From Candidatus Hodarchaeaceae archaeon (GTDB lineage Archaea > Hadarchaeota > Hadarchaeia > Hadarchaeales > Hadarchaeaceae), in NCBI GenBank assembly GCA_030018135.1, contig JASEGJ010000006.1, forward strand, positions 1-50,942: a stretch of 50,942 nt of DNA. Reading direction: 5' to 3'. The notes beneath the pieces are model-generated. The model saw only the letters and a list, made by a program, of their open reading frames with translations, had not been told where the DNA came from and ran no database searches. This document shows positions 11,177 to 20,734 of this stretch, piece after piece (within the stretch, counting starts at the first letter, position 1; each line of letters opens with the position of its first letter). The translations under genes were made by a program, and so were the position numbers.

Positions 11177-11520
11177 ATTGGGCCATTCACTCGGTTTCGT
11201 TGCGAAGGTTTTTCCTGCCCTTTTCAACGAGCGTAGAGTTATTTGGACTCAATTGGTGGCGGGTGGGCCCGGCTGAGTTCGATATCCTATCCCTTCCGCC
11301 CTGCGGTGCCATGGGCAGGAAATCCGGAGGTATCATTGAAGGGGACGGAGTTATTTCGATATCCTGATCGGCTTCTCGATCCAACACTCAGCAGGCGGGC
11401 CGTGGATGACGATCCTTTGGTATCTGTGCGCGCCCTTCGCCATCAAGATCGGCTTGGTGCTTTTTCTGTATTCGCACCTGATCCTTTCGCCTTTGATGCC
11501 GTCTCCAAGCCCGTGAAGAA

Positions 11521-11845
11521 TCATTTGGATTCCTCAACTTTCCCTTCTTCCCAGAGTTCGCGGATGATGTCAACTACCAACCCATAGTTTAACCTGAGTT
11601 CATCGACTATGTCGCTGGGGTACGCGACCTCTCTTTTGGAGGTAATTCCATATCTCCTCCTTCGCTTTCCGCCCGGGCACGTTTCGCAACCTGATGACCC
11701 TTATCTCTTCGACCTCCTCGATGAAGCGCCTGATGGACTCCCTTATCACCCCATTTCTCGAGCGATATCCCAACTTGGCACGCGCGCCATCGAGCTTCTT
11801 TACCAGCTCGACCGGCAGGGGTACGGGGATCGTGGCTCGCTTCAT
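11521..11845 (-). pseudogene. CopG/RHH + winged-helix small regulator or antitoxin, frameshifted
   Basis: The RHH ORF (IPVPLPVELVKKLD...SRNGVIRESIR) shifts at AAGAGAGG (about 11630) into EVAYPSDIVDELRLNYGLVVDIIRELWEEGKVEESK*; may be a sequencing error. Confidence 0.6.
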
Positions 11846-11929
11846 GTCGCCCAAATTCGCCTGCATACGGCCGTATAAAGCTTATATTCTCGACCATGCA
11901 TTTTCCTCTGGACTTAATCGTTGCGCCCG

Positions 11930-12679
11930 TTACTTCGGGCTCGCGATCAATAGTAAAGCCCGCTCGCAAAGTTCGCGCAGGACCTCTGGCTGGAGTACAT
12001 GCTGCTCCGCGTACTCCCTCACCATCGGCATCAGGTCCCAGGCGATGTACCTAAAGTTCAGCAGACCGGGATTCTGCTTGGCCTGATTCAATTTTCCAAC
12101 GGCGGCGGTCACCGCCCGCAGGCTGTCTTCGTTGCACCTCCTCAGCTCCTCCACTGTGCCCTCGAACGCGCCGCGCTCGTCCAAGCGTTTGCTTAGATAT
12201 CCGCCGAGGTCGACGGAAAGCTCTAGGTAGAACTCGAGGACCTCCCTCATCGCGAGCCAATCAGCGTGCGCCTCGAGCTACCACACCGTCCGCGCGTTGA
12301 CGTGATCGCCCAGCTCATCCGTCAGCTCGTCGTCGAAAGCGAGCAGGGGCAGCCCAAGGTGCGCGGCCAGCATCGCCGCCCTGAGGTCGGTCAGTGGCAC
12401 CTGTCTTTCCACCGCGAAGAGCAGCCGTCGCGCCAGCTCATCGTAGAGTTCCGGTAGATAGACCACGAGCAGCCTTCGATCCCGCACGAACTGGCTGACC
12501 AAGCTGTAACCTATCGCCTTCCCCCTGACCCCTATCAGCCTGTCGCGCGCCAGCCACGAGTAAGTTGCAGACGGCAGGTATAGCCCGCCCCCGTCGAGCA
12601 GCAGCTCAGCCCGCTCGATGCTCGCCCGGTTGACGAGCACGCTCACGTCGCATACGGCGCCAAAGTCCCATGCGCCCAT
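11930..12679 (-). pseudogene. PIN-like domain protein interrupted by one in-frame TAG (12278-12280)
   Basis: VCDVSVLV and TDLRAAMLAAHLGLPLLAFDDEL PIN-like motifs; track ORFs 12278..12763 and 11930..12250 are in the same frame, separated only by TAG plus 9 sense codons. Confidence 0.55.
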
Positions 12680-12900
12680 GTATCCCGCCGATGCTTTGAT
12701 CGAGGGCGATTTATAAGGCGAAAACTCCGCGCGCCAAGCCGGTCGAAAACACCGGTTAGACATTTGAAGACTTCACGGCCGTGCACCTTTTGGATGTTTT
12801 TCACGAGCGAGTCGAAAATTTCTGCATGCGACCGCACAGCTGTGCACCGTGACGTAGCCAAAGCTAAATACGATGCAAGATCCCAAGGCGTAAGGATAAC

Positions 12901-13257
12901 ATGGCGAGGAAGATCGTCATCTCGTGCCGCGATTTCGAGGTCGAGGCGGAGATGCTCGAGAGGGAGTGCCCTAAGACGTGCGAGGCAATTTGGCGAGCTT
13001 TGCCCTTGGAGGCTGAACTCGAGATATGGAAGGAGGAGGTCTACTTCGAGATCCCAGTCAAGGTCGAGCCGGAAGACCCGACGCCGAATACGAAGGCAGG
13101 CGATGTCGCCTATTGGCCGGAGGGCCCGGGTTTCTGCATCTTCTTCGGCAAGTCGCAGCCGATAAGCCCGGTAAACACATTTGCCAGGATCACGGGCGGC
13201 ACGGAAAAATTTAGAGGCGTCAAGACTGGCGACCGCATAACAGTACGCCGGGCCTAG
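12901..13257 (+). CDS. Cyclophilin-like fold protein (DUF369/TM1367 type)
   Basis: PKTCEAIWRALP, WKEEVYF and GDVAYWPEGPGFCIFFG motifs. Confidence 0.85.
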   Translation: MARKIVISCRDFEVEAEMLERECPKTCEAIWRALPLEAELEIWKEEVYFEIPVKVEPEDPTPNTKAGDVAYWPEGPGFCIFFGKSQPISPVNTFARITGGTEKFRGVKTGDRITVRRA

Positions 13258-13460
13258 GGGCGCTTTGTGGCGAGCCTGATGTCCACATCTCGAACGGTCC
13301 TTCTGCCAGCATGCCCAGCTAGCTTGACCGCCTCGGCGGCCACGACGAGGGCTCGCTCCTCCAAGACCTCGGCCATCGCCAGAGTTGCCTCCTCGCTGAT
13401 CCGCCTCGCGCCCGCCTTGCGCATTATCCGATCGATTGTGGCGAGGGGAAGCTCGACCAT
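13254..13460 (-). CDS. Archaeal histone (HMf family)
   Basis: ELPLATIDRIMRKAGARRISEEA...HAGRRTVRDVDI histone fold; upstream BRE/TATA-like GAAAGGCTTATATT. Confidence 0.95.
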   Translation of the reverse strand: MVELPLATIDRIMRKAGARRISEEATLAMAEVLEERALVVAAEAVKLAGHAGRRTVRDVDIRLATKRP

Positions 13461-13623
13461 TTTCCGGACCACCTAGCTGATTTTCCTCAATTTGGGGGTG
13501 AATATAAGCCTTTCCGTTTATTAACGGGCTTTAAAGTCAAAAAATCAGTTTTAATGTCGAAAATATTTTTGATTTGCCTAAAAAACTTGACCACGTTTGA
13601 CATCGGGGTTTCAGCTCCTTTTC

Positions 13624-14469
13624 TCAGTCGCTCCCCGTCCGAACCAAGAGGTCGAGTGCAATGTGGTAGCACCGCGGTGCGTATGAGCGGATTGCCCTAC
13701 CATCGAGCAACTCCACCTCGCGACCTTCGATGGCCGCCGTGCTGCGCGCAAACTCAAGCGATGGGCCAAAAATGTCCGGCTGTCTGCCATAATCGTAGAA
13801 GTGGATAACCCCGCCATCCCGTTTGAGCGCTCTGAGTGCGACGTCGAAGAACTCCCGCGCCAGCTCCGGCAGGGGCATCAGCACGCGGTCGGCCCGCCCC
13901 GCCAGCTGGGGGACCACCTCTCGAGCGTCACCCAATATTGGCACCACGCGGTCGCCGACCTTGTTTATGCGGATGTTCTCCCGCAGGTACTGGACCGCCA
14001 CCGGATTCTTGTCGATGGAGTAAATTTTCGTCGCCTTGCTGCGTTTGGCGATGATTATCGAGTAGCACCCCACACCGGCGAACATGTTCGTCACAACCTC
14101 GCCGGGCTTGACCTGTGAGGCGATTCGCAGGCGCTCGTGGGCTAGGCGAGGGGAAAAGTAAACCTGAGCGAGGTCCGCCTTGAAGACGCAGCCGCTTTCG
14201 CGGTACAGCGTTTTCGTTCGAGGCTCGCCGGCGATGACCTCAAGTTCCCTAGTGCGGAACTCCCCGCCGACGGGCCCGACCTGCCGCAACACAGTTCGAA
14301 GGTGGCGGTGCACCTGCATGAGCGCCCGGCCTATGACGCCTTTTTTTGGCAACAGCTCCTTCGGCAGCTTGATCACGGCGATATCGCCGATAATGTCAAA
14401 CGCTCGAAGCTGCTCGAGCTCCTCGCCTGTCAATTGATCTTTTAACGCGTCGCGCAGATTTTTCGGCAT
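13624..14469 (-). CDS. Trm5/Taw2-family tRNA G37 modification SAM-dependent transferase
   Basis: FDIIGDIAVI, VYFSPRLAHER, MFAGVG and RVLMPLP motifs; lacks a long N-terminal D1 domain. Confidence 0.85.
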   Translation of the reverse strand: MPKNLRDALKDQLTGEELEQLRAFDIIGDIAVIKLPKELLPKKGVIGRALMQVHRHLRTVLRQVGPVGGEFRTRELEVIAGEPRTKTLYRESGCVFKADLAQVYFSPRLAHERLRIASQVKPGEVVTNMFAGVGCYSIIIAKRSKATKIYSIDKNPVAVQYLRENIRINKVGDRVVPILGDAREVVPQLAGRADRVLMPLPELAREFFDVALRALKRDGGVIHFYDYGRQPDIFGPSLEFARSTAAIEGREVELLDGRAIRSYAPRCYHIALDLLVRTGSD

Positions 14470-14512
14470 ACTCCCCCAGCAAGGTTTAGCCTCGGGGCAA
14501 AAAGTTTTTCGG

Positions 14513-15322
14513 CTAAAGCATTTCCCTGCGCTTCGTTATCCAGATGCTCATGACAAATGGAGCTACAAAGTACGCCAGCATCACGAAGAGGCTCGTGGTC
14601 GGGTCGGGGGTCATCAGCGCCATCCCGCCCATCGGCCCTTGCCACATCTCTGCGAAGGGAATACCGTAAACGCTGCTAACCGAGTCCGCGGCGTAGTCGA
14701 GCGTGAACCAAGGCTCACGGCCGGAGTACGTCAGGCCCATCCTGATGATCGGGAAGATCAGCATGAATAGCAAAAGTGTGGCTATGGTCGCGCCCATGCC
14801 CCCCTTGAGCAGCGAACTGAAGAGAAAAGCGAGGCCCAGTATGCTACATCCGAGCAGCAGCGCGAGGCCGAGCGACCCAAGTACCTCGACGGGCAACTGT
14901 CGATACATTCCAACTAATGCCGCTGACGCGAGTGCGTAGGCCGAAACCAGCACCACGGCGGTGACGATGAAACAAGCCGCGTACTTCCCCACAACTAAGG
15001 TGCTCCTCTTCACCGGGTTCGGAAACAGGATGTACCCAGTTTTGCGTTCGAACTCCGATGCGATGGAGTCCCCTGCAAAGAACACTGCGGCCAGAACCGC
15101 CACGCTGGAGCCCATCCCCGCCACGAAGAGCGCGAAGAGCTTGGGGCTGTCGGGGATGGGGATGGGTAGGGCCTCGGGAATGTTCAACCCCTTGTAGAGG
15201 GCGATCGCCAGGGCCTCGGCGATGACTACGAGTATCAGGGCCCCGTAGAATCGCCTCCTCCGGACTTGCTTCAACAGCTCGTACTTGGTGACGACCTTCA
15301 GCTTCTCGAACTCCGCGTTCAA
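14513..15322 (-). CDS. ABC-2 type transporter permease
   Basis: Six hydrophobic segments and IASEFERKTGYILFPNPVKR; TTG start overlaps the ATPase stop. Confidence 0.85.
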   Translation of the reverse strand: MNAEFEKLKVVTKYELLKQVRRRRFYGALILVVIAEALAIALYKGLNIPEALPIPIPDSPKLFALFVAGMGSSVAVLAAVFFAGDSIASEFERKTGYILFPNPVKRSTLVVGKYAACFIVTAVVLVSAYALASAALVGMYRQLPVEVLGSLGLALLLGCSILGLAFLFSSLLKGGMGATIATLLLFMLIFPIIRMGLTYSGREPWFTLDYAADSVSSVYGIPFAEMWQGPMGGMALMTPDPTTSLFVMLAYFVAPFVMSIWITKRREML

Positions 15323-16044
15323 GTAGCCCCCTCCGTCAACTTGAGGTACACGCCCTCCAGCGATGTTCGGTATTTCTTCTTCAAGCGAGCGATGCTGTCG
15401 TAGACTAGCAGGCGACCGTGGTCGATGAGCGCCACCCTGTCGCATACCTGGGTGACCTCCGCGAGCAGGTGCGAGGCGAAGAAAACCGTCTTCTCCTCCC
15501 TTGCCTTCTTCAGGGTCTCCCGCATCTCGGCCATCCCTCGCGGGTCGAGCCCGAGGGTCGGTTCGTCTAGGATGAGGATCGGTGGGTCGTGGAGCAGGGA
15601 CTGCGCCAAGACGAGCCGCTGTTTCATGCCGCGGGAGAACTTTTCTATCCTGACGTTGCTCCACCCATCGAGTTTGACAAGTTTGAGTACCTCATCTATC
15701 CTAGATTTAAGCCCGCGCCCGCGCATCCCACGGAGCCTGCCGAGGTAGCTGAGGGTCTCGTTTGGTGTGAGGAACGGATAAAACTCGGGCGTTTCCACTA
15801 CGGCACCCACTTTCGAAATTGCCCGCTCCCGCTCTTCGACGACGTTGACACCATTTATGTAAGCGGTGCCGGATGAAGGACGGAGCAACCCACATAAAAC
15901 CTTGAGGGCGGTGGTCTTGCCCGCGCCGTTAGGACCCACCAGCGCCACATCCTCGTTCCTCCTGACCTCCAAGGAGAGGTTGTCGAGGGCGAGGAAGTCA
16001 TTGTAGCGCTTGCTCAGGTTCTCGATGACTATGGCCTCTTTCAT
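15319..16044 (-). CDS. ABC transporter ATP-binding protein
   Basis: GPNGAGKT, FSRGMKQR, ILDEPTLGLDP and SHLL motifs. Confidence 0.95.
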   Translation of the reverse strand: MKEAIVIENLSKRYNDFLALDNLSLEVRRNEDVALVGPNGAGKTTALKVLCGLLRPSSGTAYINGVNVVEERERAISKVGAVVETPEFYPFLTPNETLSYLGRLRGMRGRGLKSRIDEVLKLVKLDGWSNVRIEKFSRGMKQRLVLAQSLLHDPPILILDEPTLGLDPRGMAEMRETLKKAREEKTVFFASHLLAEVTQVCDRVALIDHGRLLVYDSIARLKKKYRTSLEGVYLKLTEGAT

Positions 16045-16195
16045 GCTCGTCTCGGCCCCTTCAAATCAAGCTACCTTAGATTGAGCTATTGACTGTTAAA
16101 AACCTGTCGAGTGTTAAAGCCCTTGACATGCGAAAATGGGGCATCGTAAACGTTTTATTTGGGGTTTGTAAATCCAATCTGGTCGAGGTGAAAAA

Positions 16196-16669
16196 GTGCC
16201 CTACGTGTTCTGCGATCCGGAGAAGTGCACTGGCTGTAGGGCCTGCGAGCTCGTCTGCTCGGGCTCCCACGAGAGGGTATTTGGCCCGGGCAGGGCTCGC
16301 ATCCGCGTCGTCCGGGAGGAGCCGGCCGTGGATATCGCGATCACTTGCCGCCAGTGCTCAAATCCGCCCTGCGCAAAGGTTTGCCCGGTCAACGCCATCC
16401 GCAAGCTGAGAACGGGGTTGGTCGAGGTCGATTCTGGGCGTTGTATAGGCTGTGCCCTCTGCGTGGAGGCGTGCCCATTCGGTGCAATTTCCCTGCTCGA
16501 TGGAAAAGCGATCAAGTGCGACCTCTGCGGGGGCAGCCCGGCCTGCGTGAAGCAATGCATGCCGGGAGCGCTGAGGTTCGTGGCTCCCGAGCGAATAGCG
16601 GCCGAAAAACGCTCGGCCTTTGTAATGGCCGCGCGCCCCAAGCCGATCGCGGGAGGTTGGAAGGCATGA
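16196..16669 (+). CDS. 4x[4Fe-4S] ferredoxin-like subunit of the oxidoreductase
   Basis: Four Cys clusters (CTGCRACELVC, CRQC-CAKVCP, CIGCALCVEACP, CDLC-CVKQC); overlaps the AOR start. Confidence 0.9.
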   Translation: MPYVFCDPEKCTGCRACELVCSGSHERVFGPGRARIRVVREEPAVDIAITCRQCSNPPCAKVCPVNAIRKLRTGLVEVDSGRCIGCALCVEACPFGAISLLDGKAIKCDLCGGSPACVKQCMPGALRFVAPERIAAEKRSAFVMAARPKPIAGGWKA

Positions 16670-18594
16670 CGTTCGCCTACAAGGGCTACACCGGAAAATA
16701 TCTTCGCGTCGACCTCTCCCGCGGCAAGGTGGTCGAGCTACCGCTCAAGAAGGAGTGGGCGCGCAACTACATAGGCGGCAGCGGGATGGCCGCGCGCATC
16801 CTGTACGACGAGGTGCCCCCGGAGGTCGAGCCCCTATCGCCGAGGAACCTTCTGATCTTCGCGACCGGCCCGGTGACCGGAACCGTTTACCCTCCGTCCG
16901 GGCGGTACTGCGTGGTCACGAGGGCCCCGCTCACGGGCATCTGGGGGGAGGCGCACTCGGGCGGTTACTTCGGCCCTGAGCTCAAGTACGCCGGCTACGA
17001 CCTCGTCGTGCTCCAGGGGAGGTCGGTCAAGCCAGTTTACCTCGCGATCGACGACGGGAGGGCCGAGCTGCGCAGCGCCGGAAAGCTCTGGGGGAAGAAC
17101 ACTGCGGAAACCACGGACATTCTCGAGGAGGAGTTCGGTGACCCTCAGGTGAGGGTTGCCTGCATCGGCCCGGCTGGCGAGCGCCTGGTAAAGTTCGCGT
17201 GCATAATGAACGAGCACTCCCGCGCGGCCGGGCGAACGGGCGTGGGCGCGGTGATGGGCTCCAAGAACTTGAAGGCGGCGGCGGTGAGGGGGAGCAAGGC
17301 CGTCGAGGTCGCCGATTTCGACCGCGTTTGGGAGCTGACGGAGGAGGCCCACGAGAGGTACACTGGTGGCGAGTGGGGCAAGGCCTTACACGACGCGCTC
17401 TACCGCTACGGCACGCCGGGGCTGGTGAGCTGGGAGAACGAGATAGGCAGGCTGCCGACGAAGGGGCACTACACAGGCGTCTTCGAGTACGCCGAAGATA
17501 TAGGTCCGGATCGATTTGAGCGCGAGTTCATAGTCCACCGCCGCTCCTGCATGAACTGCCGCATGCAGTGCAAGAAGGTGAGCTACGTGCGCTCCGGTCC
17601 CTACGCCGGCACCCTGAGCGAGGGGCCGGAGTACGAGACCATCGTCGCCCTGGGCTCCAATTGCCTGGTCCGCGACTTCCCCGCGATAATGCGGGCCAAC
17701 CAGCTCTGCAATTTGTACGGCATGGATACCATAAGTTGCGGAGGAGCGGTGAGCTTCGCCATGGAGTGCTTCGAGCGAGGCGCTTTAACCGAGCGGGAGC
17801 TGGGCATGCCGCTGAGGTGGGGCGACGGCGATGCCATGGTCAATCTCGTCGAACTGATCGCCTCGCGCGAGGGGATAGGCGACCTGCTGGCGGAGGGCGT
17901 TCGGGCCGCGGCGAAGCGCATAGGCAAGGGCTCCGAGCGGTGGGCGATCCACGTCAAGGGCTTGGAGGTTTCAGGACAAGACGGTAGGTCCCATCAATCG
18001 GTTGGACTGACGCACGCCATCTCCGTAATCGGCGGGGCTCACCTCAGGGCGCTTTCGTCGCTGGATGAGCTCGACTACAGGAAGACGATAATCGAGCGAT
18101 ACGGCAAGGCTAGGGCCAAGGAGCTGGGCGATAGGCTCTCGACGAAGTACAAGGGCATGCTGGTCAAGGATGTGGAGGACCTCTACGCTATCGTCGACGC
18201 GCTAATCACATGCAAGTATGGCACGATGTGGCCGCCAGCTTTCTACTTCGACGATTATGCCAAGCTGCTGCCCGCCGTCACAGGCATCGAGGAGTTCGCG
18301 AGCGTCGGGGAGGTCCGAGCCGCCGCCGAGCGGATGGTGAACTTGAAGCGGGCGTTCAACGTCAGGCTCGGCTTGGATCGCAGGGACGACGCGCTGCCGG
18401 AGCGCTTCCTCAAGGAGCAAATGCCCGACGGGCCTGCGAAGGGCAAGGTCGTGGACCTAAAGCCGATGCTCGACGAGTACTACCGCGAACGCGGATGGGA
18501 CGTTCGCACTGGACTGCAACGTCGGGCCACGTTGCAAAAATTTGGGCTGGATGATGTGGCAAGAGATTTAGCGAAGCGCGGGAAACTCAGGTAG
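16666..18594 (+). CDS. Tungsten aldehyde:ferredoxin oxidoreductase family protein (paralog 1)
   Basis: GYTGKYLRVDLS, CIGPAGE, AGRTGVGAVMGSKNLKA, CxxCxxxC, GPEYET and GMDTIS motifs; ATG at 16666. Confidence 0.92.
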   Translation: MTFAYKGYTGKYLRVDLSRGKVVELPLKKEWARNYIGGSGMAARILYDEVPPEVEPLSPRNLLIFATGPVTGTVYPPSGRYCVVTRAPLTGIWGEAHSGGYFGPELKYAGYDLVVLQGRSVKPVYLAIDDGRAELRSAGKLWGKNTAETTDILEEEFGDPQVRVACIGPAGERLVKFACIMNEHSRAAGRTGVGAVMGSKNLKAAAVRGSKAVEVADFDRVWELTEEAHERYTGGEWGKALHDALYRYGTPGLVSWENEIGRLPTKGHYTGVFEYAEDIGPDRFEREFIVHRRSCMNCRMQCKKVSYVRSGPYAGTLSEGPEYETIVALGSNCLVRDFPAIMRANQLCNLYGMDTISCGGAVSFAMECFERGALTERELGMPLRWGDGDAMVNLVELIASREGIGDLLAEGVRAAAKRIGKGSERWAIHVKGLEVSGQDGRSHQSVGLTHAISVIGGAHLRALSSLDELDYRKTIIERYGKARAKELGDRLSTKYKGMLVKDVEDLYAIVDALITCKYGTMWPPAFYFDDYAKLLPAVTGIEEFASVGEVRAAAERMVNLKRAFNVRLGLDRRDDALPERFLKEQMPDGPAKGKVVDLKPMLDEYYRERGWDVRTGLQRRATLQKFGLDDVARDLAKRGKLR

Positions 18595-18769
18595 ATGCCC
18601 AGACAAGCCGCAGACGAGACCAAAAAGTCTTAAGTGAGCGGACTATTACGTTTGCGCCTTTTGATAGCCCCCTGCCCGATTTTTTATTCATCTTGGGAAA
18701 TTTTTAGACAAACCCGCCGCGGTGAAAAGCTAAAAATAGCCGCACGAATTCAATTGACAAGGTGATCAA

Positions 18770-19786
18770 ACGATTGAGCTCTACGGGCGAGATCTGATAA
18801 CCACGCAGGAGTGGTCGCGCGAGGAATTGGATGCGACCCTTGAACTTGCGAAGGACCTAAAGAAAAAATACTATGCCCGGAAGCTGCAGCCCCTGTTGAA
18901 GAACAAGACCTTCTTCATGCTGTTCTACAACACCTCGACCCGCACGAGGGCCTCATTTGAGGCAGCGATGACGGCGCTCGGCGGACATGCGCAGTTCATA
19001 GACATCGCGACCACCAGGGCATCCGAGGGTGAGGCGCCGAAGGATATCGCCAAGATGTATGAGCGCTACGGCCACGGCTTGGGCATAAGGATCCTCGAGT
19101 CGGCGGTTGGCTACGTTTACGGCAGGGGCAACGCGGTCATCCGGGAGTACGCAAAGCACTGCAACGTCCCGGTTGTGAACATGGCCGACGACATGTACCA
19201 CCCGTGCCAGGGGCTTGCCGACATCATGACCGTGCAGGAGAAGTTCCCGAGGTATGAGGGCAAGCGCTACGTCATCATGTGGGCATACTCCAACAAGGTG
19301 CGCTCCTGGGGAAGCGTGCAGGAGGAGGCGCTCATCATGTCCCGCTACGGGATCGACGTAACGATCGCCGCGCCGAAGGGATTCGAGCTCGACCCAAATA
19401 TCGTAAACATCTGCAGGCAGAACGCGAGGGAAAGCGGGGCAGAGCTGAAGACCGAAAACGACCTCAAGGGAGCACTCGAGGGGGCGCACATAGTCTTCCC
19501 GCGCAACTGGGCCTCCCACGCGTGCGTGATGCAGGGCATGGACAAGTTCGGCAAGGAGAATGAGATCAGGTTGCACGAGCGATATCGCGACTGGATGCTG
19601 ACGCGGGAACTCCTCGACCTGATGGACCCGCAAGCCATCATCACGCATGTTCTGCCGGTGTTCCGAGGCGAGGAGGCGACAGATGAGGTCATGGATGGGC
19701 CGCACTCAGTCATATACGACCAAGCGGAAAACCGCCTGCATGTGCAGATGGCCGCGCTCGCGCTGACGATGGGCAGGCCAGCTTAG
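18770..19786 (+). CDS. Transcarbamylase, ornithine/N-acetylornithine carbamoyltransferase-like
   Basis: STRTR, HPCQ, WAYS, HVLP and QAENRLH motifs; the frame is open from 18758 and the conserved N-terminus GRDLITTQEW lies upstream of the first canonical start (18827). Confidence 0.85.
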   Translation, partial: TIELYGRDLITTQEWSREELDATLELAKDLKKKYYARKLQPLLKNKTFFMLFYNTSTRTRASFEAAMTALGGHAQFIDIATTRASEGEAPKDIAKMYERYGHGLGIRILESAVGYVYGRGNAVIREYAKHCNVPVVNMADDMYHPCQGLADIMTVQEKFPRYEGKRYVIMWAYSNKVRSWGSVQEEALIMSRYGIDVTIAAPKGFELDPNIVNICRQNARESGAELKTENDLKGALEGAHIVFPRNWASHACVMQGMDKFGKENEIRLHERYRDWMLTRELLDLMDPQAIITHVLPVFRGEEATDEVMDGPHSVIYDQAENRLHVQMAALALTMGRPA

Positions 19787-19880
19787 TCAAGGGTGGAACC
19801 CAAGCTCGTCCTAAGCGATATGTATTTCAACTTTATAGCACTCCGCGTTTAATTGAGGACGAAATGTCGATGGCGGTAAC

Positions 19881-20681
19881 ATGTTGCTTGTTCACCTATC
19901 CGATCTGCATTGCGGGAGGAACAGCTTCTCCCCGAGGACCCTCGAAAGGGCGATAAAGGAAATAAACAGTTTGGAGCCGGACGTCATCGTCATCACCGGG
20001 GACATAACAAATGGGGGGCTCATCGACGAGTACAAACTGGCGGCGAAACACATAAGAAAGCTCAAATGCGAAAAAATCCTCCTCGGCAGCGGCAATCACG
20101 ATTTCCAGCACACAGGCTTCCTGCTCTGGGAGCATTTCTTTCCAAAGCCGGAGATGTTGACGCTCAAGGACACTTTAATTGCCCACCTGAGGACCGCGAG
20201 ACCGGACAGGGATACAGGCGAAGTAGGATATCGCCAACTTGTGTGGTTTGGAGAGCTCTTGAAAAAGCATAGAGATAAGTTCAAAATAGTTGCCCTCCAC
20301 CACCACCTTGTGCCGATCCCGGACACGGGCACGAGACAGAATATCGTCGTAGACGCCGGGGACGCGTTGAGGGCTCTGATGGGGGGCGATGCCAACCTGA
20401 TCTTGTGTGGACATAAGCACAGACCTTGGAAGTTGAAGGTCGAAAACCTGCAAATAGTCCATGCCGGCAGCGTGTCCTCGACGAGGTTACGGGGGTTCTT
20501 CTCGAACTCGTATAACATCATAGAGATGGAACGCGGCTCCTTTAACGTCGAGCTCAAGATAGTCAGCGGCGAAAGGATGGGTTTTGGAAAAATCCTGAGC
20601 GGTTACGACGGCATACGCCTGCCTGCGGCCCTGCGAATCGGTGACCGCCCAGCCACGGAGCGATTGAGTCCAACAAAATAA
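19881..20681 (+). CDS. Calcineurin-like metallophosphoesterase (Icc/CpdA-like)
   Basis: SDLH, TGDIT, GNHD, LHHH and GHKH motifs. Confidence 0.9.
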   Translation: MLLVHLSDLHCGRNSFSPRTLERAIKEINSLEPDVIVITGDITNGGLIDEYKLAAKHIRKLKCEKILLGSGNHDFQHTGFLLWEHFFPKPEMLTLKDTLIAHLRTARPDRDTGEVGYRQLVWFGELLKKHRDKFKIVALHHHLVPIPDTGTRQNIVVDAGDALRALMGGDANLILCGHKHRPWKLKVENLQIVHAGSVSSTRLRGFFSNSYNIIEMERGSFNVELKIVSGERMGFGKILSGYDGIRLPAALRIGDRPATERLSPTK

Positions 20682-20734
20682 AAAATCGGAAAGGGGCAGC
20701 TGTGTCACGACGTTTAGCGAATCGCGATCTAGGA

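Noticed and set aside
11254-11290. tRNA-like 3' end (CCCGCCACCA) on the minus strand
   Set aside because: No matching 5' acceptor strand or proper T-arm could be folded.
16345-16665. Long N-terminal extensions of AOR1, AOR3 and the ABC permease in the ORF track
   Set aside because: They overlap real upstream genes in another frame; conserved N-termini start at 16666, 32626 and 15322.
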